Part shown: piece by piece, positions 53,374 to 63,591 of the stretch
How positions within the stretch are numbered: position 1 is the first letter of the stretch
Layout of the letters: each line of letters starts with the position of its first letter
DNA from: an uncultured Methanomicrobiales archaeon
GTDB taxonomy: Archaea; Halobacteriota; Methanomicrobia; Methanomicrobiales; Methanospirillaceae
Assembly (NCBI GenBank): GCA_963697895.1
Contig: OY969100.1
Span: 1,856,001 to 1,920,000 of the forward strand
DNA length: 64,000 bases
Direction: 5' to 3'
Position numbers and translations under genes: made by a program
Notes under the pieces: generated by a model
Databases searched by the model: none
What the model saw: only the letters and a program-made list of their open reading frames with translations
What the model was told of the DNA's origin: nothing

Positions 53374-53879
53374 TGCTCCGGCTCCCAAAGGATAAAAGGC
53401 ACCTCTTTAAGTCACCTTTTGGGACGCTCTATCAGGACATAGCGGATGTGGTTCCGCTCATCAGAGGGAGAATCGTCTACGCAGTGGGTGATGTGGTCAC
53501 GTACCGGCTCATCCAGCAGGGAATCGTGCCCGATATCGCCATTATCGACGGGTACTCCATGCGTGTACCCTGCAGCCGCGAACCCGTCGCATTTGAACGG
53601 AGCATCCGGGTCACGAATCCGCCGGGTACGATCTCGGACGAGCTGATGCGGGAGCTGAACCATGCCGTTGCGAATCCACCGGTCATGATCTTCGTGGTTG
53701 GCGAAGAGGATCTGGCCGTTATTCCTCTTGTTATCGCCGCACCGGAAGGCGCGGTAATCCTGTATGGACAACCCCGTCAGGGTGTTGTACTCCGGGTGGT
53801 GGACGCTGCTGCGAAGCAGGAAGCCAGACAGCTCCTTTCGGTTTTTATCCGGGAACCGGAAGAACCCAACAGTTGCTGA
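53373..53879 (+). CDS. GTP-dependent dephospho-CoA kinase (DUF359)
   Basis: VGDVVT, NPPGTI, GEEDL, YGQP. Confidence 0.88.
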   Translation: MLRLPKDKRHLFKSPFGTLYQDIADVVPLIRGRIVYAVGDVVTYRLIQQGIVPDIAIIDGYSMRVPCSREPVAFERSIRVTNPPGTISDELMRELNHAVANPPVMIFVVGEEDLAVIPLVIAAPEGAVILYGQPRQGVVLRVVDAAAKQEARQLLSVFIREPEEPNSC

Positions 53880-54035
53880 ATGCCGCCTTTCCTTTTTATG
53901 GTTGAGAATTCCAAAAAAAGAACAACCACTCTCCCATCAACCAACATAGGTTTACCCATTCCAGATGTGGATCAGGGGCCGAGGGCCGATGGTATAGTAA
54001 TAAATAATGTCAGTACCAATTATAAGAGGATACCG

Positions 54036-54332
54036 ATGGAATTCGAAATAACGAAAAATATCCGGAATGAACTTCTCATGAGAAAGGAGATCGAATTTAC
54101 TCTCCGCTTCGAAGGTGCCACTCCTCCGCGAACCCAGATCATCGGGAAACTCGCCGCACTCCTGAATGTCACGGAAAAGGAGATGGTGCTCGATTCGCTG
54201 AAGACGATCTTCGGGGCCACCGAACTGAAGGGGTCGGCCCGGGTCTACGAGAGTGAGGAGAAGCGTGATCAGACCGAACGTCCCTACCTGATGGCGCGGG
54301 GTATTCCCAAACCCAAGGAAGAAGGAGCCTGA
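54036..54332 (+). CDS. rps24e: 30S ribosomal protein S24e
   Basis: [19 protein letters not shown]. Confidence 0.9.
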   Translation: MEFEITKNIRNELLMRKEIEFTLRFEGATPPRTQIIGKLAALLNVTEKEMVLDSLKTIFGATELKGSARVYESEEKRDQTERPYLMARGIPKPKEEGA

Positions 54333-54334
54333 GT

Positions 54335-54517
54335 ATGGCTGCAAAGAAGGGAAAAGCGGCTGCTTCACCAAAGAGAAGTGCATACTACACGGTTACAGGA
54401 GAAAAAGCCACATTCGTGCGGAAGTGCTGTCCGAGATGCGGACCCGGGTTCATTCTTGCGGAACACAGCGACCGGGCAGCGTGCGGCAAATGCGGCTATA
54501 CAGAATTCAAAAAATAA
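54335..54517 (+). CDS. rps27ae: 30S ribosomal protein S27ae
   Basis: CPRCGPG..AEH.DR..CGKCGYT. Confidence 0.93.
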   Translation: MAAKKGKAAASPKRSAYYTVTGEKATFVRKCCPRCGPGFILAEHSDRAACGKCGYTEFKK

Positions 54518-54524
54518 CGATCCA

Positions 54525-56102
54525 ATGCCTTTTTTCGGGCCGGTGCTGGGAATCGAGGGCACGGCGTGGAACCTGAGTGCTGCCGTCTTCGATGAATCAT
54601 TGATCTCACTCTCATCTGACCCGTACACTCCCGCTCAGGGGGGAATTCACCCGAGGGAAGCGGCCCAGCATCATGCATCGGCGATGAAACGGGTCGTCTC
54701 GGAGGCGATGCCGGACCCCGGGAAGATCCGGGGGATCGCCTTTTCCCGGGGGCCCGGCCTTGGACCCTGCCTTCGTACGGTGGCAACTGCAGCCCGATCG
54801 CTCTCGCTCTCGCTCGGAATTCCGTTAATCGGGGTGAACCACTGTATCGCGCATGTGGAGATCGGCCGGTATGCTACGGGATGTGAAGATCCCATCGTTC
54901 TCTACGTGAGCGGAGCGAACACCCAGGTTCTCGGATATCTCGATTCACGGTACCGCATATTCGGGGAGACCCTCGATATCGGCCTGGGAAATGCCCTGGA
55001 TAAATTTGCCCGGAGCCGCGGTCTTATGCATCCGGGAGGCCCGGCGATTGAGCAGCTCGCGCAGTCGGGGAGGTATATCGAGCTGCCCTACACCGTCAAG
55101 GGGATGGATCTTGCGTTCTCCGGGCTCGTGAGTGCCGCCAAAGAAAGCAATGCGCCGATCGAGGACATCTGCCACAGTTTCCAGGAGACCGCATTTGCCA
55201 TGTGCGTCGAGGTGACGGAACGGGCACTTGCGCAGACGGGCAAGGAGGAAGTGCTCCTCGTCGGAGGTGTCGGAGCTAACCGGCGATTACAGGCCATGCT
55301 CGACCGGATGTGCAGAGAACGGGGAGCGTCGTTTTTCGTACCGGAACCGCGGTTCCTCGGTGATAACGGTGCCATGATTGCCTATACCGGCAAAATCATG
55401 CTTGAATCGGGGGAATTCCTCCCAGTCGAAGAGTCATTTGTCAACCCCTCGTTCAGGGCAGACCAGGTGCTGGTGTCCTGGAGGAAGGAGTCGTCGGATG
55501 GAGGAATTACCCGGTCGCCGCTGGACAAGCTGACTGTCGCAAAAGGTGCAGAGGCGGTAGTGTCGCTCTCGGAGGATACGGCGGTCAAGCGGAGGGTCGG
55601 TAAATCATACCGGAACGCTCACCTGGACCGTAAGTTGATAGCCGAACGCACCCGGGCGGAGGCCCGCATCATCGCGATGGCGCGGCGTTCGGGCGTTTCG
55701 ACTCCGGTTATGCGGGATATCACTCCGGACACGATCGTGATGGAGCGGGTCAGGGGAGATATGCTCCGGGATGCACTGACCCGCCAGAACCTCGAAGTGG
55801 TCGGTACGGTGATCGGTCTCCTCCATCAGGCAGGCATCGTGCATGGGGACCTGACGACGAGCAATATCATCATGCGGGACGGACGGTGTGTGCTGATCGA
55901 TTTCGGTCTCTCGCAGATCTCATCAGAGATCGAGACCCGCGGGGTGGACATTCACGTCCTCTTTCAGACCCTGCAGAGTACGACCCCTGAGGCAGCTGCA
56001 TTGAAATCGGCCTTTGCCAACGGGTTCTGCAGGTGTTTTCCCGAAGGAGAGGAGATCCTTGTCCGTGAACAGGAGATCGAGCAACGGGGCCGGTACTTGT
56101 GA
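54525..56102 (+). CDS. kae1: Bifunctional KEOPS Kae1/Bud32
   Basis: GIEGTA, HCIAH, DNGAMIA; kinase HGDLTTSN, IDFGL, RGRYL. Confidence 0.94.
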   Translation: MPFFGPVLGIEGTAWNLSAAVFDESLISLSSDPYTPAQGGIHPREAAQHHASAMKRVVSEAMPDPGKIRGIAFSRGPGLGPCLRTVATAARSLSLSLGIPLIGVNHCIAHVEIGRYATGCEDPIVLYVSGANTQVLGYLDSRYRIFGETLDIGLGNALDKFARSRGLMHPGGPAIEQLAQSGRYIELPYTVKGMDLAFSGLVSAAKESNAPIEDICHSFQETAFAMCVEVTERALAQTGKEEVLLVGGVGANRRLQAMLDRMCRERGASFFVPEPRFLGDNGAMIAYTGKIMLESGEFLPVEESFVNPSFRADQVLVSWRKESSDGGITRSPLDKLTVAKGAEAVVSLSEDTAVKRRVGKSYRNAHLDRKLIAERTRAEARIIAMARRSGVSTPVMRDITPDTIVMERVRGDMLRDALTRQNLEVVGTVIGLLHQAGIVHGDLTTSNIIMRDGRCVLIDFGLSQISSEIETRGVDIHVLFQTLQSTTPEAAALKSAFANGFCRCFPEGEEILVREQEIEQRGRYL

Positions 56103-56671
56103 ATATTGTTTTTGTAACCAGCAATGTCCATAAGGCGCAGGAAGTTGCCGCTTTCTTTGCCGGGGTCGCAGAGATCACCCATGTTCCGCTCGAATGCCCG
56201 GAATATCGCGATGATGATATCGGGGAGATCGCCAGGAGGAAAGCGGAGCACGCATTCGGGGAATTGAAGGTACCGCTCATGGTGGACGATACCGGGTTTT
56301 CGATCTCCGCATTGAAAGGTTTTCCCGGACCATATGCTGCATATGTGCACCGCACCATCGGAAATGAGGGAATCCTGAAACTGATGGAGGGAGTTGAAAA
56401 CCGTCAGGCATGGTTCGAAACGGCCATTGCCTATGCCGAAGACACGGGGATCCATGTCTTCCGGGGGCGTCTCGAAGGTGAGGTGGTCCCTGCCCGGGGA
56501 TCCGGGGGGTTCGGGTATGACCCGATCTTTGCATTCCGGGGAAAAACCCTATCAGAATATTCTCTTGCCGAAAAGAGCACTGTTTCTCACCGTGGAAAGG
56601 CGCTCCTCCTGTTCCGTGAATGGTTCCTCGACAGGATGCGACAGGGAACGGATTTCAGATTATCCCCATGA
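56099..56671 (+). CDS. rdgB: dITP/XTP pyrophosphatase (Ham1)
   Basis: FVTSN..K, DDTG, GFGYDPIF, SHR. Confidence 0.93.
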   Translation: MNIVFVTSNVHKAQEVAAFFAGVAEITHVPLECPEYRDDDIGEIARRKAEHAFGELKVPLMVDDTGFSISALKGFPGPYAAYVHRTIGNEGILKLMEGVENRQAWFETAIAYAEDTGIHVFRGRLEGEVVPARGSGGFGYDPIFAFRGKTLSEYSLAEKSTVSHRGKALLLFREWFLDRMRQGTDFRLSP

Positions 56672-56735
56672 GCGGTAACATAACCGTTAAGTGGAGCAAG
56701 CGCGTTATAATTAAGGCTAGTGTGGTGTTCACTGG

Positions 56736-56882
56736 ATGGCACGATTTCCCGAAGCAGAAGCAAGACTACTCAATGTCAAGATATGCATGCGATGCAACGC
56801 GCGGAATGCAATACGCGCAACACGGTGCCGGAAGTGCGGTTACCAGAATTTGAGACCGAAAAATAAGGAGCGGAAAGCCTGA
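56736..56882 (+). CDS. rpl40e: 50S ribosomal protein L40e (not in the ORF track)
   Basis: Hand translation [48 protein letters not shown]. Confidence 0.93.
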   Translation: MARFPEAEARLLNVKICMRCNARNAIRATRCRKCGYQNLRPKNKERKA

Positions 56883-56886
56883 GGGT

Positions 56887-57536
56887 TCAGGCACTGTAAA
56901 ACGTTACTCTTTTCCCTTTTTTACTATACTCGCCGCGAAACGTTTCGATATTCCGCTTGTACCCGATCCGATCGACGAAACCGAGTTCCCGCAGCCCTTC
57001 CCGGACCCGCATTACATCCGGTTCATCCCGCCAGTCGGGGGTGTATACGTATATGACCTTCATATTGTCGCGTGAATCGGGGTTTTCCTTCGCAGTGCTG
57101 ACCTTTGCGGAAATACCGAGAATCCCCGAGACGGTTGCGTCACGGACCAGCCGCCATGCATCATCCACCTGTTCGGGGGGAGGAATATGAGCCACTTCCC
57201 GGCGAGTTCATCCTCTATTGCATCGGGTCTGACCCCGGGCGCATCCTGGATGATCCAGTACATCCGGGTGGTCTTACTCGGAATAACCCCTTCACCGGCC
57301 TGGATAAGGGCATAAATAGCGTCGATGCTGCCGAACTGGTGCATCAGGGCATCCGCGATCTCCGGGTACACCGATCTGAATTCCTCAAAGATCATGCAGA
57401 ACGTAGATTGGAAATCGATCTCTCCTTCCACCAGCTCAAAGAGGTATGGACCCAGTTCACGCAGGCGTGTATTCAGCATATGCTCGAACAGACCATATGC
57501 CACATCAGCCAGCGCATCGGGTTCGACCTCACTCAT
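56887..57536 (-). CDS. DUF1917-like protein (frameshift in G-run near 57178)
   Basis: GKWLIF joins VDDAW..SAKVST..VIYVYT.DW.D..DVMRV with one added base. Confidence 0.7.
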
Positions 57537-57578
57537 GTATACTGGGTCGATGGAAACAGGAAAAAGGTTATGCCCCGG

Positions 57579-58343
57579 TCAGGGGGAAAGCCGCTCAAGG
57601 GTGAGGCAGGCAGCCCGTTCGCCGGAGAGGAGCATACCCCCGAATACCGGCCCCATCCGGTGTTCTCCACATACCGCATTCGCCGCCATCCCGGTTATGA
57701 TGAGACCCGGATAGATCTCACGGGTATGTTCAAGAATCTGTGATTCCGCACGTTCCGCCCACATGAATCCCTCTCCATGAACCGTTACGTCCCCGCACTT
57801 CCGTTCGACGAGCCGTGCGATGACCGCATCATGGCCGGTGGCATCCACTGCATACCGGCATCCCACGGTCAGGGGATCGACATGGAGACCCGTCTGTTCG
57901 ACGGGAGTCCAGTTGATGACGAGTCCGCATAAACGCCGGTCCTCTTTGACCATCACATCCTCTACAGACATCAGATTGAAAAATTCGACCCCCGCATCGG
58001 CGGCAGCCGCGGTCAGCTTTGCAACGGCCTCCACCGAACGGGCTACAAGATACTCTTTCTCGTACCAGGTGTAGCGGATGCCGAAGCGTTCGAGGAGATG
58101 CCGTGCCTGCTCCTGGACTACAATCCGCGGAAACATCATCCCTCCTCCCCACATACCCCCGCCAACAGAGAGTTTCTTCTCGATCAACCCCACTTTTTTT
58201 CCCTGTTCAGCGATCAGTGCTGCGCACACCAGGCCGGAGGGCCCTCCTCCGACCACCGCGACATCCATCTCCATATAATCGAGGAAGGTCTCCATCTGCG
58301 ATGCGACGATCGCCCTGCTGATCGTGATCTCGTTCAGGTCCAT
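57579..58343 (-). CDS. thi4: Sulfide-dependent thiazole synthase
   Basis: GGGPSGL, GGGMWGGG, LHVDP, RMGPVFGGMLLSG. Confidence 0.92.
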   Translation of the reverse strand: MDLNEITISRAIVASQMETFLDYMEMDVAVVGGGPSGLVCAALIAEQGKKVGLIEKKLSVGGGMWGGGMMFPRIVVQEQARHLLERFGIRYTWYEKEYLVARSVEAVAKLTAAAADAGVEFFNLMSVEDVMVKEDRRLCGLVINWTPVEQTGLHVDPLTVGCRYAVDATGHDAVIARLVERKCGDVTVHGEGFMWAERAESQILEHTREIYPGLIITGMAANAVCGEHRMGPVFGGMLLSGERAACLTLERLSP

Positions 58344-58596
58344 CTCATCCACCCCGTTATGTTGATGTTCGGAGACCATAATACGAATCGAGCAGGCGAT
58401 GCTCCCCGGCATCCCGGGGCAGTCTCCCCGGTTGATCGAATACCCCTCGGTTCCATGAACACCTCCGTTTCAACCGGTCGACCTTACGCGCCTTTATCGC
58501 CTATATGTTGGACAAAAAGAAATCAAGGTATAATATGGAGATATCGCATTGTCCATGGGCGAATGTTTATGAGCTGCATTTCGTATATAGTGATCT

Positions 58597-59478
58597 ATGA
58601 AATGGAAGCGCGACTTTGGCCTCACCATGCGAGTATGGCTGACACTCTTCCTGCTGTTCATCGTGTACCTGGTGTTCCTTGCAGTGCTGAGTTATCTCGG
58701 GGTCGGGCTGCCATACCTGGTAATCCTCGTCTTTGTCATGGCATTCATCCAGTATTTCTTCTCTGACCGGCTGGTCCTCTGGACGACCCGTGCACATGTG
58801 ATCGCGGAGGATGAACATCCGGAGCTCCATCAGATGGTAGCGCGACTGGCACAGGAGGCCGAGCTACCGATGCCCCGGGTGGCTATCATGCAATCACCTG
58901 TCCCGAATGCGTTTGCAACGGGAAGAAGCCCGAAACACGCGGTTGTCGCCGTAACGGATTCGATCATGCGGGTCCTCTCCCCGCGGGAACTGGAAGCAGT
59001 GATCGCCCACGAGCTCTCGCACGTCAAGAACCGGGATGTACTCACCCTCACGATCGCCAGTTTCGTCGCGATGATTGCCGCGATCGTCATGCAGAATTTC
59101 CTGTTCGCGAGCATGTTCTCCCGGAGGGACGGCGGAAACCCATGGATCATCGCCGGTCTTGTTGCGATCGTCGTGTACTTTGTGAGCCAGCTCCTCATCA
59201 TGGCACTCTCCCGGTACCGGGAGTATGCAGCGGATCGCGGGAGTGCATATATCACGGGCCGGCCACAGGATCTCATCTCGGCATTGACAAAGATCAGCGG
59301 CCGGATGCCATATGTCCCTGCAGAAGCAAAGGCTGCGGTCGAAGGCGCGAATGCGTTCTTTATTATCCCGGCACTTTCAGGAAAGAACACGCTGATGGAG
59401 ATCTTTTCCACACATCCTCCGCTTGAAAAACGTATTGCCGCCCTCGAACAGGTTGAAATCGAGATCCAGGGTGCATAA
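58597..59478 (+). CDS. htpX: Zinc metalloprotease HtpX
   Basis: PNAFATG, HELSH, SRYREY.AD, STHPPL. Confidence 0.93.
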   Translation: MKWKRDFGLTMRVWLTLFLLFIVYLVFLAVLSYLGVGLPYLVILVFVMAFIQYFFSDRLVLWTTRAHVIAEDEHPELHQMVARLAQEAELPMPRVAIMQSPVPNAFATGRSPKHAVVAVTDSIMRVLSPRELEAVIAHELSHVKNRDVLTLTIASFVAMIAAIVMQNFLFASMFSRRDGGNPWIIAGLVAIVVYFVSQLLIMALSRYREYAADRGSAYITGRPQDLISALTKISGRMPYVPAEAKAAVEGANAFFIIPALSGKNTLMEIFSTHPPLEKRIAALEQVEIEIQGA

Positions 59479-59825
59479 TCCCCGGGATCTTTTTTATTTG
59501 GATCCAGACAGGAGATACTGGATCACGGGATCATCCCCATCTGATGGCCATATGTATCCCTGAGCCCCCCTTTTCTCCGTCCAGAATCCGCATCAACCGA
59601 TGAATGGATCATTGCGGGAGAAGCCGCGTTTCCTGTTTTCCAATAAGGAGAGAATCATGCTGGATTTTAATGAAGGAATCTTCACTAAACCTGCCAGTGG
59701 ATCATCTTTTTCTGCTTTGCATAAACGCGGGCAGGAAATATTTATTCCGGCCTCCTGTTCTGTCAGGAAAATCCGGGGCAGAACAAAACTAATAATACCG
59801 ATTATCTCAATAATAAAAAGGCCAA

Positions 59826-59896
59826 GCATCGATGGTCTAGAGGCATGACTTAGGCCTTCCAAGCCTATAGCCCGGGTTCGATTCCCGGTCGATGCA
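59826..59896 (+). tRNA. tRNA-Gly (TCC)
   Basis: Acceptor GCATCGA/TCGATGC; anticodon arm TAGGC-CTTCCAA-GCCTA; T-arm GGTTCGATTCC. Confidence 0.93.
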
Positions 59897-59900
59897 CTGC

Positions 59901-59974
59901 GGGCTCGTGGTCTAGTCGGTTATGACGTCGCCTTCACACGGCGAAGATCTCGTGTTCGAATCACGACGAGCCCA
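59901..59974 (+). tRNA. tRNA-Val (CAC)
   Basis: Acceptor GGGCTCG/CGAGCCC; anticodon arm TCGCC-TTCACAC-GGCGA; T-arm CGTG-TTCGAAT-CACG. Confidence 0.93.
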
Positions 59975-60013
59975 TTCCATCCAAAGGCTGATCTCTCATA
60001 ATTCCTTTATTTT

Positions 60014-60199
60014 TCAATAAGATCCGGGAATATGCGGGTTTTCTACTTTTTTAAAAAATTTCTTCTCTGCCAGACAGATCGGGCAACACCAGTCCGACGG
60101 GAGATCGTTGAAATCTATTCCTGGCTCTATATTTTGTGACGTTTCGCCTTGTGAAGGATCGTACACATGCCCGCATATGGAGCACTGGTAACAGCTCAT
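60014..60199 (-). CDS. Rubredoxin
   Basis: YQCSICGHVYDP..G...F.DLP.DWCCPIC..K..F. Confidence 0.9.
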   Translation of the reverse strand: MSCYQCSICGHVYDPSQGETSQNIEPGIDFNDLPSDWCCPICLAEKKFFKKVENPHIPGSY

Positions 60200-60348
60200 G
60201 GTTCGGTTCACCTCGAGGGTTATGGAAAGAATCACTGATGAAATCATCGGTGAAACCCGGGAGCCGGTGAACCCAGGTGACGGGCTTTCCTCACCGTACA
60301 TGATCTGCTGAACAGCCCCTCTTCAGTGCGATTCCCCCGAAATCCCGC

Positions 60349-61647
60349 TCATCCGCGCCGGACCGCACAGGTCATGCAGTGTGCCCCGCCATACCCTCCG
60401 GTCAGATTTCGGAGAATGATGGGGTACGCATCGATATCGTGCTGGTAGATCTCCTTTTTATGGGGAAAAAACTCCCCCTCATTCTTCAGATACCGGTAAT
60501 CTTTCCGGGCCTGTGCAAGGAGCGCCCCATACCGGGCCGGGTCGAGGGTTGCCTTCTCCTGGAGGCTTCCGAGTACATCGCGCGCGACACGGTCGACCTC
60601 CACGGCAACGATTGTCCCGTCCCGGATACAGAGGAAATTGGAAGCATAGGAGATCTGCTCCAGGGTGGTGATATCGATGATATCAAACTCCTTCTCGATC
60701 AGGTACTCATAGAGCGTTGTTTCGCGCGCAAATACGTATTCATCTCCGGGTTCCCTTATAAATACGCGGAGATTTGCCCGTCGGAGCAGAATTTCAGACC
60801 CGACCGCGACCCGGGACGATGCAACATTGCAGTACGTATCGAGGTGCATATTGATCATCGGGTCCCTCATGCCCCCCGGGAGCAGGGGATGTTCCGGCTG
60901 GGTAACGATGCCGACCTCCCGAAAGTCGAGGCCATTCCGGAGGAGCTGAGCGGCACCCTCGGGATTCGACCGGTCTCCGACTCCGACCAGGGCGAATTCC
61001 TCCATCGGGATAAAATCCCCCCCCTCGAAGGTCCCTGGCTCTTCCGTCCGGTGCACGATCGGCACGCCCATCACCTCCCAGAAGAACCCGGTAAGAACCG
61101 GTTCGCGCTGCCGCTGGAATTTCGCCATCCGTCCCAGGACCAGCCCCTTATCGGTCACGACCTGCTGGTCCCGCATATAATGCAGGTTCGTAAGGGGCTG
61201 GCGCTCCGTAACGGAAAGGCTGATGGAACGGTCACCCGTCTCGTTCCGGATATCAACGAGTGGACGAAGGAGAAGAATATTAAAAAAATGCCCTGAATCG
61301 AGGACTTTCGCATTGGAATCCCATTCTTTTTTTGCAAGGCGGATCTCCGTCTCACTCCCCGAGAAGTTCAGGGAATCATCCGCCATTCGGATCAGTTTTT
61401 CCCTGATCTCCGGCATTCTATCGGCCGCCTCGAGGAGATCTGCTTTCAAGCGGATGACGTTGACGTTGAATTCGTGCCGAAGGGTATGTTCCAGCCGCTC
61501 ATGCTCCATCCGCGCCTCATACCGGGAAAATGCCCGCTCGTAAAGGGAGGAGTACGGCTCCAGGAGCCCGAAGAACATCTCTATCCCGGGCCGATGAACC
61601 ACGACTTCCCGAAGCGTCTCCCATTCCGCTCTGCACCGTGCCTGCAT
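60349..61647 (-). CDS. arcA: Arginine deiminase / amidinotransferase family enzyme
   Basis: VVVHRPG.E, N...RD, FEGGD, MHLDT, GYGGAHCMT. Confidence 0.8.
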   Translation of the reverse strand: MQARCRAEWETLREVVVHRPGIEMFFGLLEPYSSLYERAFSRYEARMEHERLEHTLRHEFNVNVIRLKADLLEAADRMPEIREKLIRMADDSLNFSGSETEIRLAKKEWDSNAKVLDSGHFFNILLLRPLVDIRNETGDRSISLSVTERQPLTNLHYMRDQQVVTDKGLVLGRMAKFQRQREPVLTGFFWEVMGVPIVHRTEEPGTFEGGDFIPMEEFALVGVGDRSNPEGAAQLLRNGLDFREVGIVTQPEHPLLPGGMRDPMINMHLDTYCNVASSRVAVGSEILLRRANLRVFIREPGDEYVFARETTLYEYLIEKEFDIIDITTLEQISYASNFLCIRDGTIVAVEVDRVARDVLGSLQEKATLDPARYGALLAQARKDYRYLKNEGEFFPHKKEIYQHDIDAYPIILRNLTGGYGGAHCMTCAVRRG

Positions 61648-61862
61648 GATATCCCTTGATCAGCTGAACCTCTTTTCTGTTCCCTATTGACTTTCAGATG
61701 CTCCGGGATCTCAAAGAGCTTTTCCCGGTTCCGGAACATGGTTGGGGGAAGGCTCAGATTTACGAGGTTCACGAGGGATGAAGCGAGGTTGAATACGGGG
61801 AACGGCCAACCGGGCGCAACCATCATGGTGTGACGCGGGATACCAGATATCGGGAATTGACG

Positions 61863-62453
61863 ATGAAGAGCGCCGGGAACAACAAAGATGATCTTGAAGA
61901 GTATAAGGCGAAACGGGACTTTCTTCGTACGCCGGAACCACCGGCAACCCCCGGGGACGCAGCGGAAGGGAGGCCGCGGTTCGTCGTCCAGAAGCATCGG
62001 GCAAGCCATCTCCATTTCGATCTTCGCCTGGAGGTGGACGGGGTGCTGAAGTCCTGGGCCGTACCCCGGGGCCCCTCCCTCGATCCCGGGCAGAAGCGAC
62101 TCGCAGTCGCCACGGAAGACCATCCTCTGGATTACATCCATTTTGAAGGGGTGATCCCGGAGGGGGAATACGGGGCGGGCGTGGTGATGGTCTGGGATAC
62201 CGGGACTTACCGGAATATCAAGGATGAAGAGCCGGTTCCGGTGAGCATGGCGAAGGCAATCCTGAACGGACACGTCACCGTCTGGCTGGAAGGCAGAAGA
62301 ATGAAAGGAGGATTTGCCCTGATCAGGACGAGCAGGGGATGGCTCCTGATCAAGATGGATGACCCCATGGCAGAACCCGGACAGGACCCGGTCGAGACCG
62401 AGATCGTATCGGTGTTGAGCGGCAAAACCATGGAAGAGATCGCACAGGGGTGA
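61863..62453 (+). CDS. Stand-alone LigD 3'-phosphoesterase domain
   Basis: Y..KRDF..TPEP, FVVQKH.A..LHFDLRLE..GVLKSWAVP.GPS, TEDHP.DY..FEG. Confidence 0.92.
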   Translation: MKSAGNNKDDLEEYKAKRDFLRTPEPPATPGDAAEGRPRFVVQKHRASHLHFDLRLEVDGVLKSWAVPRGPSLDPGQKRLAVATEDHPLDYIHFEGVIPEGEYGAGVVMVWDTGTYRNIKDEEPVPVSMAKAILNGHVTVWLEGRRMKGGFALIRTSRGWLLIKMDDPMAEPGQDPVETEIVSVLSGKTMEEIAQG

Positions 62454-62462
62454 ACGGTTCCG

Positions 62463-63467
62463 GTGAACCCTCTTCTCTCTGCCCTCCCGCCGGAGATCCG
62501 GCAGTCCCTGAAAAGGTCAGAGCAACCATCATGGGTGGGACCGATGCTCGCCGAGCTGACGGACAGGGCTTTTCCGGAGAATGGATGGTTGTTTGAACGT
62601 AAACTGGATGGTGAACGGTGTATTGCCTCCTGCACGGACACCCGTATCCGCCTTGCCTCCCGCAACCGAAAGATTCTCAACAACACTTATCCGGAGATCG
62701 TGGAAGCCTTTCGAAGTGAGCATGAGGTTGATTTTATCGTTGACGGGGAGATTGTTGCGCTGATCGGGAATGTCCCGAAATTTTCCGCGCTCCAGGGGCG
62801 TCTCGGGATCGTGGACCCGGATGCATCGCTCATCCACGAGATCCCGGTCTATTACTATCTCTTTGACATCCTCTACCTGGATGGATATGATATCATGGGA
62901 ATCCCGCTGGGGTATCGAAAAGAGATCCTTCATCGCCTCTTCACCTTCACCGACCCGATCCGGTTCACCGTACACAGCGAGGAAAGAGGAGCGGAATGTT
63001 TCCGGGAGGCATGTGACCGGGGCTTTGAAGGGGTCATTGCAAAACGGATGGACTCCCGGTATATCCAGCGGCGATCGGGTGAATGGTTAAAATTCAAGTG
63101 TCTTAACCGGCAGGAATTTGTCGTCGGGGGATACACCGATCCGAAAGGAGGGCGCACGGGATTTGGAGCGCTTCTTATCGGTTATTTCGAAGGGGACAAC
63201 CTCATCTATGCCGGGAAGGTCGGAACCGGGTTCGATACAGCGACCCTCAGGACGTTGTATTCCGCCCTCCGTTCGATTGGACAGGAAACGAGCCCATTTC
63301 AAAACATAACAGATACAAAAGGGGTACATTTTGTCCATCCCGTCCTTATCGCCGAGATAGGATTTTCTGAGTGGACTTCAGAGGGGAAGCTCCGCCATCC
63401 ACGATTCATCGGCCTTCGATATGACAAGGAGAGCCGCGAGGTAATCCGTGAGGAACCCGGGCAATGA
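62463..63467 (+). CDS. Stand-alone LigD-type ATP-dependent DNA ligase domain
   Basis: PMLA, ERKLDGER, DGEI, FDIL, EGVIAK, WLKFK, GKVGTGF, LRHPRF. Confidence 0.9.
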   Translation: MNPLLSALPPEIRQSLKRSEQPSWVGPMLAELTDRAFPENGWLFERKLDGERCIASCTDTRIRLASRNRKILNNTYPEIVEAFRSEHEVDFIVDGEIVALIGNVPKFSALQGRLGIVDPDASLIHEIPVYYYLFDILYLDGYDIMGIPLGYRKEILHRLFTFTDPIRFTVHSEERGAECFREACDRGFEGVIAKRMDSRYIQRRSGEWLKFKCLNRQEFVVGGYTDPKGGRTGFGALLIGYFEGDNLIYAGKVGTGFDTATLRTLYSALRSIGQETSPFQNITDTKGVHFVHPVLIAEIGFSEWTSEGKLRHPRFIGLRYDKESREVIREEPGQ

Positions 63468-63591
63468 GCGCTAATTTTCCGTGTAAAGCCCAGTCTGACG
63501 AAAATTATGGCCCGTTCGGAGAACTACCGAAAACAATTATGTACCGTTAGTTAGGATAATATTGGTTCAGGCTCAATCGTGTACTACGAAG

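Noticed and set aside
58344-58520. TPP riboswitch upstream of thi4
   Set aside because: The conserved CTGAGA and ACCTGA..AATGC..GCG motifs are not found.
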